Source: Candidatus Latescibacterota bacterium (GTDB lineage Bacteria; Latescibacterota; UBA2968; UBA8231). Taken from it: 41,512 bases of DNA. Below are positions 28,832 to 39,464 of this stretch, in pieces (positions within the stretch are counted from its first letter, which is position 1; each line of letters starts with the position of its first letter). The stretch is from NCBI GenBank assembly GCA_965205655.1, contig CBDBIJ010000109.1, forward strand, positions 1-41,512, read 5' to 3'. A model generated the notes under the pieces. It was not told where the DNA came from. It was given only the letters and a program-made list of their open reading frames with translations, and searched no databases. Made by a program: the position numbers and the translations under genes.

Positions 28832-29256
28832 CAGAGCCGGATAGAGCGATCGATCCTGTGCCCTCCGAGGCTGTCGCTGACGAACGCCTGCGCTCACTCG
28901 TCGAGGCTCTCCAGGTCAAAAAGGGACTGGACATCCTGCTGATGGATCTTCACGAGCTCAGCGACGTCGCGGACTACTTCCTCCTCGCCACCGGCACCTC
29001 GGATCTGCACGTCAAATCACTCGCGCAGGAGGTCCTCGACCGTCTCAAGGAGTCGGACGAGCGCCCCTGGCACGTCGAAGGAGTCGAGCACCGGCGCTGG
29101 GTTCTCATCGATCTCGTCGATGTCGTCATTCATCTGTTTCGCCCCGAGGCCAGAGAGTTCTACGCTCTCGAGCGACTCTGGGGTGATGCCCAGTGCACGA
29201 GCTTCGAGGATTCATGGGAGCCAGCTCCATCTCCGACGCCGACCTTCGAAGAGTGA
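28828..29256 (+). CDS. rsfS: ribosome silencing factor (Iojap)
   Basis: KKGLDILLMDL..ADYFLLATGTS..WVLIDLVDVVIHLF..REFYALERLWGD. Confidence 0.95.
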   Translation: MTEPDRAIDPVPSEAVADERLRSLVEALQVKKGLDILLMDLHELSDVADYFLLATGTSDLHVKSLAQEVLDRLKESDERPWHVEGVEHRRWVLIDLVDVVIHLFRPEAREFYALERLWGDAQCTSFEDSWEPAPSPTPTFEE

Positions 29257-29289
29257 TCGCCTACTCGCGAGAGACGCCGCATCGAACCA

Positions 29290-30384
29290 ATGGCTGTTGA
29301 AACGCTTGCCTGGAAGGACCCCACTGCGGACGAAGGCGTAGAGATGCCGGCCCTCGTCCTTCTCGATCAGACCCGACTGCCGCGGGAGGTCGTTCACGTC
29401 GAGTGTCGGGACGTCGAAACGGTCGCCACAGCGATTGAGCAGCTGAAGGTCCGCGGCGCTCCTGCGATTGGCGTGGCGGCGGCTTACGGCGTCGCTCTCG
29501 GCGCCAGGCTCGCGGCTCGCGGTGATTCAACCGCCTTTCGCAACGATGTGGAAGCGACTATCGACCGTCTCGCCCGCACCAGACCCACTGCTGTGAATCT
29601 GTTCTGGGCCCTGGGTCATATGCGCCGCGTGCTCGAAGAGAACCGCGAGCTCGCCAACGAGGAGTTGGCCGATCTGCTCCTAGAGACCGCCCATCATTTG
29701 TACCGCAGCGACCGCGCCATCTGTCTGCGCCTCGGCCGCCAGGGGGCAACCCTGCTGCACGACGGGGATAAGGTTCTCACCCACTGCAATGCGGGCAGCC
29801 TCGCCACGGCCGGCTACGGCACCGCCCTCGGTGTCATCTATGCGGCGGCCGAAGAAGAGAAGCAGCTCCGCGTGTTCGCCGACGAGACGCGCCCCTTGCT
29901 TCAAGGTTCGCGACTCACCGCCTGGGAGCTCATGCAAAACGGCATCGACGTGACGGTGATCTGCGACAACATGGCCGCCTCGGTCATGCGGCGCGAGGGA
30001 ATCGATTGTGTGATCGTCGGCGCCGATCGCATCGCCGCCAATGGCGATGTGGCCAACAAGATCGGCACCTACGGGATCGCCGTCCTGGCTCGCGAGCACG
30101 ACATCCCGTTCTACGTGGCAGCGCCTATGTCCACCGTCGACATCCAGCTGGAGTCCGGGGATCTGATTCCGATCGAGGAACGTGCTGCCGAGGAAGTGAG
30201 CATGGGATTCGACTGTCAGACTGCCCCGGAAGGAGTGGCGGTATACAACCCCGCCTTCGATGTAACCCCCCACCGCTTCGTCACCGCCATCATCACTGAA
30301 TACGGCATCGCCCGATCTCCCTTCGATACGGTCCTCCGTCGATGGGCGAGCGCCGCTTCCAAGGGAGAGCCTGTTCATGCCTGA
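29290..30384 (+). CDS. mtnA: S-methyl-5-thioribose-1-phosphate isomerase
   Basis: LLDQTRLP, VRGAPAIG, RPTAVNL, LTHCNAGSLATAGYGTALG, DETRPLLQGSRLTAWEL, GADRIAANGDVANKIGTY, NPAFDVTP. Confidence 0.95.
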   Translation: MAVETLAWKDPTADEGVEMPALVLLDQTRLPREVVHVECRDVETVATAIEQLKVRGAPAIGVAAAYGVALGARLAARGDSTAFRNDVEATIDRLARTRPTAVNLFWALGHMRRVLEENRELANEELADLLLETAHHLYRSDRAICLRLGRQGATLLHDGDKVLTHCNAGSLATAGYGTALGVIYAAAEEEKQLRVFADETRPLLQGSRLTAWELMQNGIDVTVICDNMAASVMRREGIDCVIVGADRIAANGDVANKIGTYGIAVLAREHDIPFYVAAPMSTVDIQLESGDLIPIEERAAEEVSMGFDCQTAPEGVAVYNPAFDVTPHRFVTAIITEYGIARSPFDTVLRRWASAASKGEPVHA

Positions 30385-31321
30385 ACGCCACCGCCTCATC
30401 AAGCTGGGCCTGATGCTGACGACGGCCTCTGGGTGTGCCACCCAGATAGCAACGCAGTCGGGACCGCTGTCACTGGCACAGCGACCGCTGACGACGGTCG
30501 TCGCCGCCGAAGAGTTCGACCCCCGACCCTTTCGAGACGACCTGCTGCTCATCAAGCCGGTATTCGCTCCGCCTCGCGTCTCCGCCGACCCGGCCAGACG
30601 GGACTCCGCTGTGTCGAGGCGGACGACGTCGTCGCAGCCGGTTGAGCAGTCTGATCTCGCGGCCACCCAGGCCACCCCCGGTCTTGCAGAGGAGCTGAGC
30701 GAGCTCTCCTCGTCCGTCGAGACGCCAGCGCCCTCGCCGGCCTACCGGGTACAGGTCATCGCCCTCAGCGACGGGGAAGTTGCGCGAAGAGTGGCCGGCG
30801 ACATTCGCCAACTTCTCGATGTCCCGGCGACGGTGGAACGGGACCGCAGTCTGTTCCTTGTCCGTGCAGGTGAGGAGGCCTCCGCTGAGTCCGCAACACA
30901 GCTGAGAGACCGTATCGCCTCTCTCCATACGGACTACGGTCAGGCCTACGTTATCACGCCGCCGAATCCGGAACCACCAGACTTCGACCTCCTCGGCGAG
31001 TCCAATCCGGCGCGTGACGAGCTCGAGCCGGAGCAGCTGGCTGTTGAACCGGAACGGGTGCGCCGCTTCGGCTGGCGTGTTCTCGTCGACCAGTTCTTGA
31101 GTCACCGAGAGGCGGAAGCACTGCGCCACAGCGCCGTGGGCCGACTCGGCCGCAACGATATCGAGATCGTTTTTGCCCCGCCTTACTACAAAGTGGAGCT
31201 CGGGAACTTCCGCAACGAAATCGACGCGCAGCTACTCGCAGAGCAGATCAAGAGAAAAGGGTACGAGAGTGCATTGAAAGTTCGGGCCAAGGTCTTCGTG
31301 CCGGTAGACGAAGGTCTCTGA
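30377..31321 (+). CDS. SPOR-domain lipoprotein (two SPOR-like domains)
   Basis: Lipobox ASG-C, YRVQVIALS..LVRAG and GWRVLV..PYYKVELGNF..A..L...IKRKGY. Confidence 0.75.
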   Translation: MPERHRLIKLGLMLTTASGCATQIATQSGPLSLAQRPLTTVVAAEEFDPRPFRDDLLLIKPVFAPPRVSADPARRDSAVSRRTTSSQPVEQSDLAATQATPGLAEELSELSSSVETPAPSPAYRVQVIALSDGEVARRVAGDIRQLLDVPATVERDRSLFLVRAGEEASAESATQLRDRIASLHTDYGQAYVITPPNPEPPDFDLLGESNPARDELEPEQLAVEPERVRRFGWRVLVDQFLSHREAEALRHSAVGRLGRNDIEIVFAPPYYKVELGNFRNEIDAQLLAEQIKRKGYESALKVRAKVFVPVDEGL

Positions 31322-31323
31322 TC

Positions 31324-33355
31324 GTGACGGGTTTCTTCGGATTTACGGTCCTGCTCCTGGTTGCGACCCATTTCCTTGCCTGCGCGCCGCTGCGGACGTC
31401 GAGGCAAGCTTCGGGGCCGCAGCAAACAGCTGCCGACTCGATATTCGTCGATCCCTCGACGAGTCGCGAGTTCGAAGACGGCCTTCTGCGCGCGCGATGG
31501 CACCTTTTTCGCGCCCTGGACGAACGCACCGTCGGCCGCTTCTCGCAGGCGCAACTCGAGCTCGATGAGGCATTCCGTCAGCTGGCCTGGTTGGAGGATA
31601 GCCCCTACCTCGATCTCGTGGGCGATGCCGCCGCTCTCGGCGGAGACACCGCTGCTGGTCAGGGCGACGTAGATCAGCTCGGCGATGCTGTCGAGCAGGT
31701 ATACCTCTCCCTGCTGCCCAACATCGAGCACTCCTCTCCCGATTCACCCGCTGTCGCTGTTGCTGAAGGGTCTGTCCGAAGCGGAGATCGAGAGCCTGCC
31801 GACAGATGCGAGCCAGATCGTCCGCATTCATCAGCTTGCGCCGTTGTGTGACATACCGATCGATGCGAACCCGGCGGTTGCGGCCAGCATCCGATTCTTC
31901 CAGACCAAGGGCCGCGAGACCTACTCCACCTGGAGAAGGCGGTCGGGCCGCTATCGCGACCTCATCCTGCCGATCCTGCGGGCCGAAGGTCTGCCACAGG
32001 ACTTGTTCTACCTGGCCATGATCGAGAGCGGTTTCAACCCGCGGGCCTATTCGCGGGCACACGCGGCGGGGATGTGGCAGTTCATTTCAGCAACGGCAAG
32101 GCGCGAGGGACTTCGAGTGGACAGAGTTGTCGACGAGCGTCGCAATCCACTCAAAGCCACCCACGCCGCCGCCAGGCACCTGAAATCTCTCCACCAGGAC
32201 TTCGGCGACTGGCGCCTGGCCGTAGCGGCCTATAACTCCGGCAGGGGCCGGGTTCAGCGAGCCATCGACAAGGCTCAATCGCGCGATGTCTGGAGGCTGG
32301 AGCTGCCGCGAGAAACGCGTAACTACGTGCCGCTGCTCATGGCGGCTACCGTGATCGCCAAGGACCCGGAGCAGTTCGGTTTCGGCGACGTGGATCACGA
32401 GGCGCCGATCCGCTACGACGATGTCGATCTGCCGGTCCACGTGAACGAGCGTCCCTTCACGGTGGACCTGAAGGCCGCCGCGAAAATGATGGGCATTGCC
32501 TACGACGAGCTGCGGCAGTTGAATCTGGAGCTGCGGCTCGGTTTCACACCGCCCAGGCGCAAGCAGTCGTATGAGCTGCTGGTGCCGCTCGGTCACGGTG
32601 CCGATTTCGTCAAACGCTACGCTGCCCTCCCCGAGTCGAAAAAACCCACGCTCCATCGATATCGGGTCCGTCGCGGCGACAGCATCTCGACGATTGCCCG
32701 CACCTTCGGGGTGAGCACGAGTCTGGTCGCCCAGGTAAACAATCTGCGCGACCCGAATCTCATCCATCCAGGAAGGACGCTCTTCGTTCCCGCTCTCGGA
32801 TCGGGCGCAGGCTCAGCGGCGCTGTCGACAGGGTCGTCCGGTGAGCAGCTGTATACCGTGCGCAAGGGCGATTCCCTCAGTGGCATCGCCCTGCTCTTCG
32901 GCGTCCAGACGGAGCTGCTCAAGCAGTGGAACAGTCTCACTTCGGACCTCATCCACCCAGGACAGAAGCTCGCCGTGCGCCTCGCGGATTCGGCATCCGT
33001 CCTGCGCACCGCGAACAGGGCGCCGCGCACCGAGGTCGAGGTCGGGCGACACACGGTGCGTCGCGGAGAAACGCTGTGGAGTCTGAGCCGGCGTTTCGGT
33101 GTAAAGGTCGCCGATCTCTTGACCTGGAATCGGTTGGGGGGGGAACTCATCCACCCTGGACAGCAACTCATCGTTGCCGAGGCGAGACGCGACCCCTTCA
33201 AGCTCTACATGGTCGTCAACGGAGATACTCTCTACGGCATCGCCCGTCGATTCGGCCTAGATGCCAGAGAGATCGCACGACAGAACAACATGAGCCTGTC
33301 CTCGACATTGCTGGCTGGAATGACTCTGCGAATCAAAAACGTCGCCGCGGACTAA
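31324..33355 (+). CDS. mltD: MltD-like lytic transglycosylase lipoprotein with four LysM domains (frameshift ~31748)
   Basis: LAMIESGFNPRAYSRAHAAGMWQF, AAYNSG, ETRNYVP and four YxVRRGDS/T LysM repeats. The N-terminal ORF 31324..31851 joins after removing one C. Confidence 0.85.
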
Positions 33356-33363
33356 GAGGCGAT

Positions 33364-33849
33364 ATGCTGAGCATCATCCGGCATATCCTCTACCTCGCTC
33401 TGGCCTTCGTGCTGCAGATGACGTGGAGTCATCACCTCAGGGCTTTCGAGCTTCAGCCCGACCTCATCCTTCTCGTCCTCGTCGCCATCGCCCTGGCTTC
33501 CGGTCACCTGCGCGCCACGGTGATGGGATTCTGTGTCGGACTGCTGCAGGACACCTACATGACCGATGATCTGGGACTGAATGCCCTCGCGAAGTCCATT
33601 GTAGGATTCGCAGTCGGCGTGGGGCGCACCCGGGTTATGGCCGAAGCCGCTCACGTTCAGATTCTCATTCTGGTTGCCGCCGTCCTCCTTCACGATCTCA
33701 TCTTTTTCACCGGACACAGCGCCGTGCCAATAGCGGAGGTTCCCTACTTCTGGGTTCGCTACGGCCTTGGTCAGGCGATTTACACCGGGCTGATCGGCGC
33801 CATCTTCGCCTACGGTCTTCTTCTGCGCCGGCGTTACCTGCCGCTGTAG
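33364..33849 (+). CDS. mreD: rod shape-determining protein MreD
   Basis: Hydrophobic 161-aa protein with QPDLILLVLV..GFCVGLLQD..LGLNAL, directly before mrdA. Confidence 0.88.
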   Translation: MLSIIRHILYLALAFVLQMTWSHHLRAFELQPDLILLVLVAIALASGHLRATVMGFCVGLLQDTYMTDDLGLNALAKSIVGFAVGVGRTRVMAEAAHVQILILVAAVLLHDLIFFTGHSAVPIAEVPYFWVRYGLGQAIYTGLIGAIFAYGLLLRRRYLPL

Positions 33850-33855
33850 GCTTCG

Positions 33856-35676
33856 GTGGATCCCGCCACCCACGAAGAGTGGAACCGCCGACTGCGAGGC
33901 CTTCTCGCCGTCGTGGCGCTTCTGTTCGCCATCTTGTTCGTGCGGCTGTTTCAGCTCCAGATCACTGCCTTCGCGGACTATCGGCGAGAGTCCGAGGAAA
34001 ACCGGATTGCACAGAAGCGCATCAAGGCCCCCAGGGGACACATCCTCGACCGCAAGGGTAGAATTCTCGCCCGCAATCGGGCTTCCTATACGATCTTCCT
34101 TCTCCGCTCCACAGCCCACAGAGACTCCCTGGCAGTCTCCGCGCTCGAAGAGGCAATCGGCGAATCCATCAGCTACGCCCGCAGGCGGCCCGCCATCCGG
34201 CTCGTCCGAGATGTCGATTTCGAGACCGTGTGCATCGTCGAGGAACGTTTGCGGGACGATTGGCTGCTCGACATCGAAATCGAACCGCGGCGCGACTATC
34301 CGTTCGGGTCAACCACCGCTCATGTTATCGGGTATATGGGCGAAATGCAGGAGGGGGATCTGGATGGGCGCGGCGCCAGGCACTATGAGCCGGGCGATTA
34401 CATAGGCAAAACGGGCATCGAGAAGGTGTTCGAAGACCGTCTGCGCGGCAAAGACGGGGTGCGCTACATCGAAGTCGACGCCAAGCACCGTACATTGAAG
34501 GACGAATCACCGTTCCCCGAGCGAGATCACTCGCCAATTCTCGGCGGCGACGTGACTCTCACCCTGGATGTCGACGTGCAGCGGGCTGCGGAACGGGCCC
34601 TCCCCGACACTCTTGCTGGCAGCGTCGTCGCTCTCGACGCGCAGACCGGCGCCGTGCTCGCCATGGTGAGCAAGCCGAGCTTCGATCCCAATGTGTTCGT
34701 CTCCTACCAGGATCAGGAGGAGCGCGAAGCCTTCCTTCAGAGCGCCACCGAACCGTTGCTCAACCGGTCGATCCAGGGCCGCTATCCCCCCGGATCGACG
34801 TTGAAAATGGTGGCCGCCGTCGCCGCCCTCGAAGCGGGAATCACAGACACGCTGAGCACTTTCGAGGCCTGCAACGGTTCACTCGCAGTCGGCGATATCG
34901 TCATGCGCTGCTTCAACCGCGAGGGTCACGGTGAGCTAAACCTGCTCGAGGCGATCGAGGCCTCTTGCAATATCTACTTCATTCACCTCGCTCAGATTCT
35001 CGGCATCGAGGCCTGGCGCGAGAGTGGCGAAGTCTTCGGTTTCGGTGAGGCCAGTGGCATCGTCCTCGATCGCGAGGAGGTCGGTCTGTTGCCCTCCCGG
35101 GAGTACTATGCCCGAAAGGAAGGCTGGGTAGCGGGCCACCTCATGAATCTCGTCATCGGCCAGGGCGCCATGCTCGTCACCCCCCTGCAGATGGCGCGCT
35201 ATGTCGCCGCCCTCGGCAACGGTGGCCGGCTCGTCACGCCACACCTGTACGGGTCGCCACCGGACGCCTTGCAGCTGCAGATATCGGAGAAAACTCTCGA
35301 TATCGTCAGAAAGGGAATGTATCGCGTCGTCAACGGTGATGAAGGCACCGGTCGCCGCGCCCGCCTCTCCGAGGTCGCCGTCGCCGGTAAGAGCGGCACC
35401 GCGCAGGTCCCGAACCGGAACAACGACGACGCCTGGTTCGTCGCCTTCGCACCCTTTGAAGAGCCTGAGATCGCCGTTGCCGTCGTCGTCGAAGCAGGTG
35501 GAGCTGGCGGCGGCACTGCCGCCCCGGTTGCCCGTCGCGTCTTGAAAGCATATTTCGATTCACGCCCCGCGAAACCCGCCGTGGACTTGCGCGACACTCG
35601 GTCGGCAAGCCTCAGTGGACCCGCGACCACTGACGCAACCCGTCGGCTCGCCGCCACGGAAAAAGCCGGGACATGA
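33856..35676 (+). CDS. mrdA: penicillin-binding protein 2
   Basis: APRGHILDRKG, GKTGIEK, YPPGSTLK (SxxK), SCN (SxN), AGKSGTAQ (KSG). Lies between mreD and rodA. Confidence 0.95.
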   Translation: MDPATHEEWNRRLRGLLAVVALLFAILFVRLFQLQITAFADYRRESEENRIAQKRIKAPRGHILDRKGRILARNRASYTIFLLRSTAHRDSLAVSALEEAIGESISYARRRPAIRLVRDVDFETVCIVEERLRDDWLLDIEIEPRRDYPFGSTTAHVIGYMGEMQEGDLDGRGARHYEPGDYIGKTGIEKVFEDRLRGKDGVRYIEVDAKHRTLKDESPFPERDHSPILGGDVTLTLDVDVQRAAERALPDTLAGSVVALDAQTGAVLAMVSKPSFDPNVFVSYQDQEEREAFLQSATEPLLNRSIQGRYPPGSTLKMVAAVAALEAGITDTLSTFEACNGSLAVGDIVMRCFNREGHGELNLLEAIEASCNIYFIHLAQILGIEAWRESGEVFGFGEASGIVLDREEVGLLPSREYYARKEGWVAGHLMNLVIGQGAMLVTPLQMARYVAALGNGGRLVTPHLYGSPPDALQLQISEKTLDIVRKGMYRVVNGDEGTGRRARLSEVAVAGKSGTAQVPNRNNDDAWFVAFAPFEEPEIAVAVVVEAGGAGGGTAAPVARRVLKAYFDSRPAKPAVDLRDTRSASLSGPATTDATRRLAATEKAGT

Positions 35677-36899
35677 GGCTGGCCCGCGAATTCGATCACA
35701 TGCTCCTGATGGCCGCCGTCATGGCCGCCCTTCTCGGTGTCACCATGATTTACAGTGCCGGCCAGGCCGCCATTTGGAAGAATCAGGCGGTTTACGCTCT
35801 TGTCGCGCTCTGCCTCGCCGCTGCCATGGTCTACATCCCGGACAAGCTGATTTTCGAGATCGCCTATCCGCTCTACGCGGTGTGCCTGCTCAGTCTCGCA
35901 GCGGTTCTTCTCTGGGGCATCGGCGACCCGGCGCGCTGGCTGAGCCTGGGCCCCGATGGGTCCTTGAGAATGCAGCCCTCCGAGTTTGCCAAGATCGCCG
36001 CCATCATGGCCCTTGCCCGCTACCTCGGCGACTGCAGTCCGGAGGAGATGAATCGACCGTGTCACTTCATCGTCGCTCTCCTGATTTGCGTCGTTCCGAT
36101 GGCCCTGGTGGTCAAGCAGCCCGACCTCGGAACGGCGGCCTCGTTTGGAGCTCCGCTGTTGCCGGTGCTCTATTGGGCCGGCATGCGACCGTTGCACATA
36201 TTCTTCGTCACCGCGCCTCTCCTGAGCGTAATTTTTTCCTTCGAGCCCCTGTGGCAGGATCACTCCACCCTTGTTTTCGCCCTCTTCATCATCGCAAGTT
36301 CCATCGCCATTCAGCTGTTGCTCGCACGGTTGTGGATTACGCTGACCTTGCTCGGCGTGAATCTCTCCGCCGGTCTCACTACTGCATACGTTTGGGACCA
36401 CCTCTTGATGGACTATCAGAAACCCCGCCTGCTCACCTGGCTCGACCCGAAGAGCGACCCCCTCGGGGCGGGCTGGAACATCATTCAGTCGAAGATCGCC
36501 ATCGGTTCCGGCGGACTCATGGGCAAGGGGTTCCTGGAGGGCACCCAGACGAAGTACGAGTTCCTGCCCGCCGCTCACACGGACTTCATATTCTCCGTCA
36601 TCGGTGAGGAGATCGGGTTCGTCGGCGCCATCGTCGTCCTGTCTCTCTTTCTGTTCCTCATCTGGAGATCCCTCTACATTGGCACCATGGCCAACAACCG
36701 GTTCTACAGTCTTCTCTCGATCGGCCTGGCTTCGATTCTGACCTTTCACGTGTTCGTCAACATCGGCATGACTATCGGCGTCATGCCCGTCACCGGTCTG
36801 CCCCTCCCTTTCTTGAGCTACGGGGGATCGTCGCTGGCGACGAACTGCATCGCCCTTGGTCTACTCCTCCACGTGTATTCGCATCGCCACGAGTATTGA
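35673..36899 (+). CDS. rodA: SEDS peptidoglycan polymerase RodA
   Basis: QPSEFAK, QPDLGTA, QSKIAIGSGG, LPAAHTDFIFS, PVTGLPLPFLSYGGSS. Confidence 0.95.
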   Translation: MRLAREFDHMLLMAAVMAALLGVTMIYSAGQAAIWKNQAVYALVALCLAAAMVYIPDKLIFEIAYPLYAVCLLSLAAVLLWGIGDPARWLSLGPDGSLRMQPSEFAKIAAIMALARYLGDCSPEEMNRPCHFIVALLICVVPMALVVKQPDLGTAASFGAPLLPVLYWAGMRPLHIFFVTAPLLSVIFSFEPLWQDHSTLVFALFIIASSIAIQLLLARLWITLTLLGVNLSAGLTTAYVWDHLLMDYQKPRLLTWLDPKSDPLGAGWNIIQSKIAIGSGGLMGKGFLEGTQTKYEFLPAAHTDFIFSVIGEEIGFVGAIVVLSLFLFLIWRSLYIGTMANNRFYSLLSIGLASILTFHVFVNIGMTIGVMPVTGLPLPFLSYGGSSLATNCIALGLLLHVYSHRHEY

Positions 36900-36911
36900 C
36901 CCGCTGCCGCT

Positions 36912-38045
36912 TTGCGCCGCTTCTTCGACCTGAGGGCCCCCGGACGCCTCGCCAGGGGCACTCAAGCGGCTGCCTACGCTCTCGTCGGCGTGTTCGTCAT
37001 CGAGAATCACTGCGGTCTCGGACCGGTGGACCACCGCCGCCTCGCCGTCCACTTCCTCGAGCGCGGCCTCTTCGACCGTGCCCTCACCCAGGCGCGGCGA
37101 GCCGGCCGCGAGGATCGCGCCAACGCCGACCCCCACGTCGTCTCCGCGCTGGCCTACCTGGGTCTCGACCGGCCTGCCGATGCCATGACGTCGCTGCAGC
37201 TGGCAATCAGGGCCCGGCCCGACGATCCGAGACTGTATGCGACGCTGCGCGAAGTGGGACTGCAGTCGGACCGCATCGACCTGGTCAGGGACGCACTGCT
37301 GGAGCTGAAATCGGAGTTCCCCGACAACTGGCACTTGCGAGTCGCCCTCGGCTGGACCTACGTGCGTCTGCAGCAAGACGACAACGCGCTCGAGCTGCTG
37401 GCGCCGGCCGTCACAGACAGCACCAAGCTCGGCCGCGAGGAGCGTTTGTTCGCCCATCTTCAGTTGGGTCGCATCTACATGCGCGGCGATCGCCTGGAGG
37501 AGGCTACACGCATCCTGTCCATGGGGCTGAATGTGAACCCGGCCCATCGGCTCCTCAATCTGGCCATGGGAGAGTGCGATCTGCGGCTTGACCGCGCCGA
37601 TGAAGCTGACGCCCGCTTCGTAGACGTGATCCGCCGGGACGAAAAGCCCGCTGAGACATCCGCCCATGTCGCCCGGTTGTACTACGATAACGGCCAGATC
37701 AGGCGCGCCATCGACTACTACGAACTGGCACTGGCAAAGGGGGGCGACAGGCCTCTCGTGCTCAACAACCTGGCCTGGGCCTACGCACAGGAGGGGATTG
37801 AGCTGGACCGAGCGGCCCGCCTTTCCCTGCGCGCGGTCAAGATGGAAGCCGATAACGTCGTCTACCTCGACACCTACGCCGAGCTGCTCTACGCCAAGGG
37901 CGAGCGGAATCGCGCCGTCGCACTCATGGAGCAGGCGCTGGCGCTCGAGCCGTCGTCAGGCGAGCACTACGAATACTTGCAGAGTCAGCTGGTGAAGTTC
38001 AAAGCTGCGTCAGCACCACCGGGCACTGCGGCGACCAGACTCTAG
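36912..38045 (+). CDS. tetratricopeptide repeat protein
   Basis: Multiple TPR helices, VLNNLAWAYA..YLDTYAELLY..A...EQALAL. Start uncertain. Confidence 0.8.
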   Translation: MRRFFDLRAPGRLARGTQAAAYALVGVFVIENHCGLGPVDHRRLAVHFLERGLFDRALTQARRAGREDRANADPHVVSALAYLGLDRPADAMTSLQLAIRARPDDPRLYATLREVGLQSDRIDLVRDALLELKSEFPDNWHLRVALGWTYVRLQQDDNALELLAPAVTDSTKLGREERLFAHLQLGRIYMRGDRLEEATRILSMGLNVNPAHRLLNLAMGECDLRLDRADEADARFVDVIRRDEKPAETSAHVARLYYDNGQIRRAIDYYELALAKGGDRPLVLNNLAWAYAQEGIELDRAARLSLRAVKMEADNVVYLDTYAELLYAKGERNRAVALMEQALALEPSSGEHYEYLQSQLVKFKAASAPPGTAATRL

Positions 38046-38061
38046 GGGCTCAGGCTCCGCG

Positions 38062-39132
38062 TCATCGCGTTCGATACCGGTGGTAATCGATTCGCAGCCG
38101 CTGCAGCCTGGTGTATAGATTCTTGCGCGATATGCCGATCGCGTCTGCGACGTGGGAAATGACTCCGTTATGGCGTTTCAGAGCCTCGCAAAGATATCGC
38201 CGGTCGAAGTGGGTCCGGGCCTCCCAGAACGTCTTCGCCGTCAGCTCCTCCTGCGCCTCTTCGCTGTCTCGCCAGTTGACAATCTCCCACGGAATGTCCG
38301 CCGCGGCTAGAGTTGATCTGGATGACAGCACGATCATTCGCTCAATCGTGTTTGCGAGTTGCCGAATATTGCCCGGCCACGGGTAGGCGCTGAGTATGCG
38401 CACCGCCTCCGCCTCGATACCCTCCGCTCGGTTGACCACCCCGTCTGGCCCGTTGGCGATGAAGTGATCGATGAAGAGTGGAATGTCTTCCGCTCGCTGT
38501 CGAAGCGGTGGCACCTCGAGCGGGAGAACGTTGAGGCGGTAGAACAGATCCTCGCGGAACGTCGCCTCCTTGACGGCCACTGTCAGGTCGGCGTTTGTGG
38601 CCGCTACGACTCGCACGTCCGCGTGCACGGTGACGCTTCCGCCCAGACGCTCGAACTCCCTTTCCTGCAGCACCCGCAACAGGCGCTGCTGAACCTTGAT
38701 GTCCGCGCTGCCGATTTCGTCCAGAAACAGAGTTCCGCCGCGTGCGAGTTCGAAGCGCCCGAGCCGCTGCCGCACGGCGCCGGTGAAGGCCCCCTTCTCG
38801 TGGCCGAACAGCTCACTCTCCAGCACGCCTTCGGCCAGCGAGGCGCAGTTGACGCTGACGAACGGGCCTCGGTGGCGCGGGCTGTAGCTGTGCACGGCAC
38901 GCGCCAGCACCTCCTTTCCGGTCCCCGATTCACCTTGCAACAGCACCGTCGAGTTCGACCTGGCGATGCGCTCCAGTTGTGACAGCAGCGATGCCATGTG
39001 CGCGTTCCTGGTCTCCATGAGGGAATGTGCTGGAGGGCGTCGCCCCGAGCGGTGTCCGTCATCGAGTTTCACTACGACACTGTCTATTTCCGACCTGCTG
39101 GGGTACGACGAGAAATCTCGCATGTTCACCAT
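38062..39132 (-). CDS. sigma54-dependent enhancer-binding protein (AAA+ and Fis HTH, no receiver domain)
   Basis: [48 protein letters not shown] and a C-terminal HTH. Start at ATG 39132 after GAAGGGGAG. Confidence 0.9.
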   Translation of the reverse strand: MVNMRDFSSYPSRSEIDSVVVKLDDGHRSGRRPPAHSLMETRNAHMASLLSQLERIARSNSTVLLQGESGTGKEVLARAVHSYSPRHRGPFVSVNCASLAEGVLESELFGHEKGAFTGAVRQRLGRFELARGGTLFLDEIGSADIKVQQRLLRVLQEREFERLGGSVTVHADVRVVAATNADLTVAVKEATFREDLFYRLNVLPLEVPPLRQRAEDIPLFIDHFIANGPDGVVNRAEGIEAEAVRILSAYPWPGNIRQLANTIERMIVLSSRSTLAAADIPWEIVNWRDSEEAQEELTAKTFWEARTHFDRRYLCEALKRHNGVISHVADAIGISRKNLYTRLQRLRIDYHRYRTR

Positions 39133-39464
39133 CTCCCCTTCCTGGGATGAAGCCCTTGTCACAGCGCCCCGGCAAGTATCGTACCGCAGCCAGTCGTGCT
39201 CGGCGCGTTCCGAGGCTACTGAAATCTCGATGTCGGGCTTATCTCCGCCGCAGATATGCACTTGCACAATACGGGCGTCGTGGGGATCGGCGACAGCTCG
39301 GTGGCGATTCCGAAGGCTGCAGCTGTCGGTCGCCGTCCTCCGGTACCGGACCGATGGTGAAGAAGGTGACTCCGCCAGACAGGAGTGAAGAAAACCGGAA
39401 AGCTTTTGTCTTGAGAATATGATCGAGCCTCCGGATACTTGGAGCCGGTTCGCGGGAGGTACTC

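Noticed and set aside
39133..39464. sigma54 -24/-12 promoter between the two activators
   Set aside because: No TGGCAC-N5-TTGC-like site with correct spacing found by eye.
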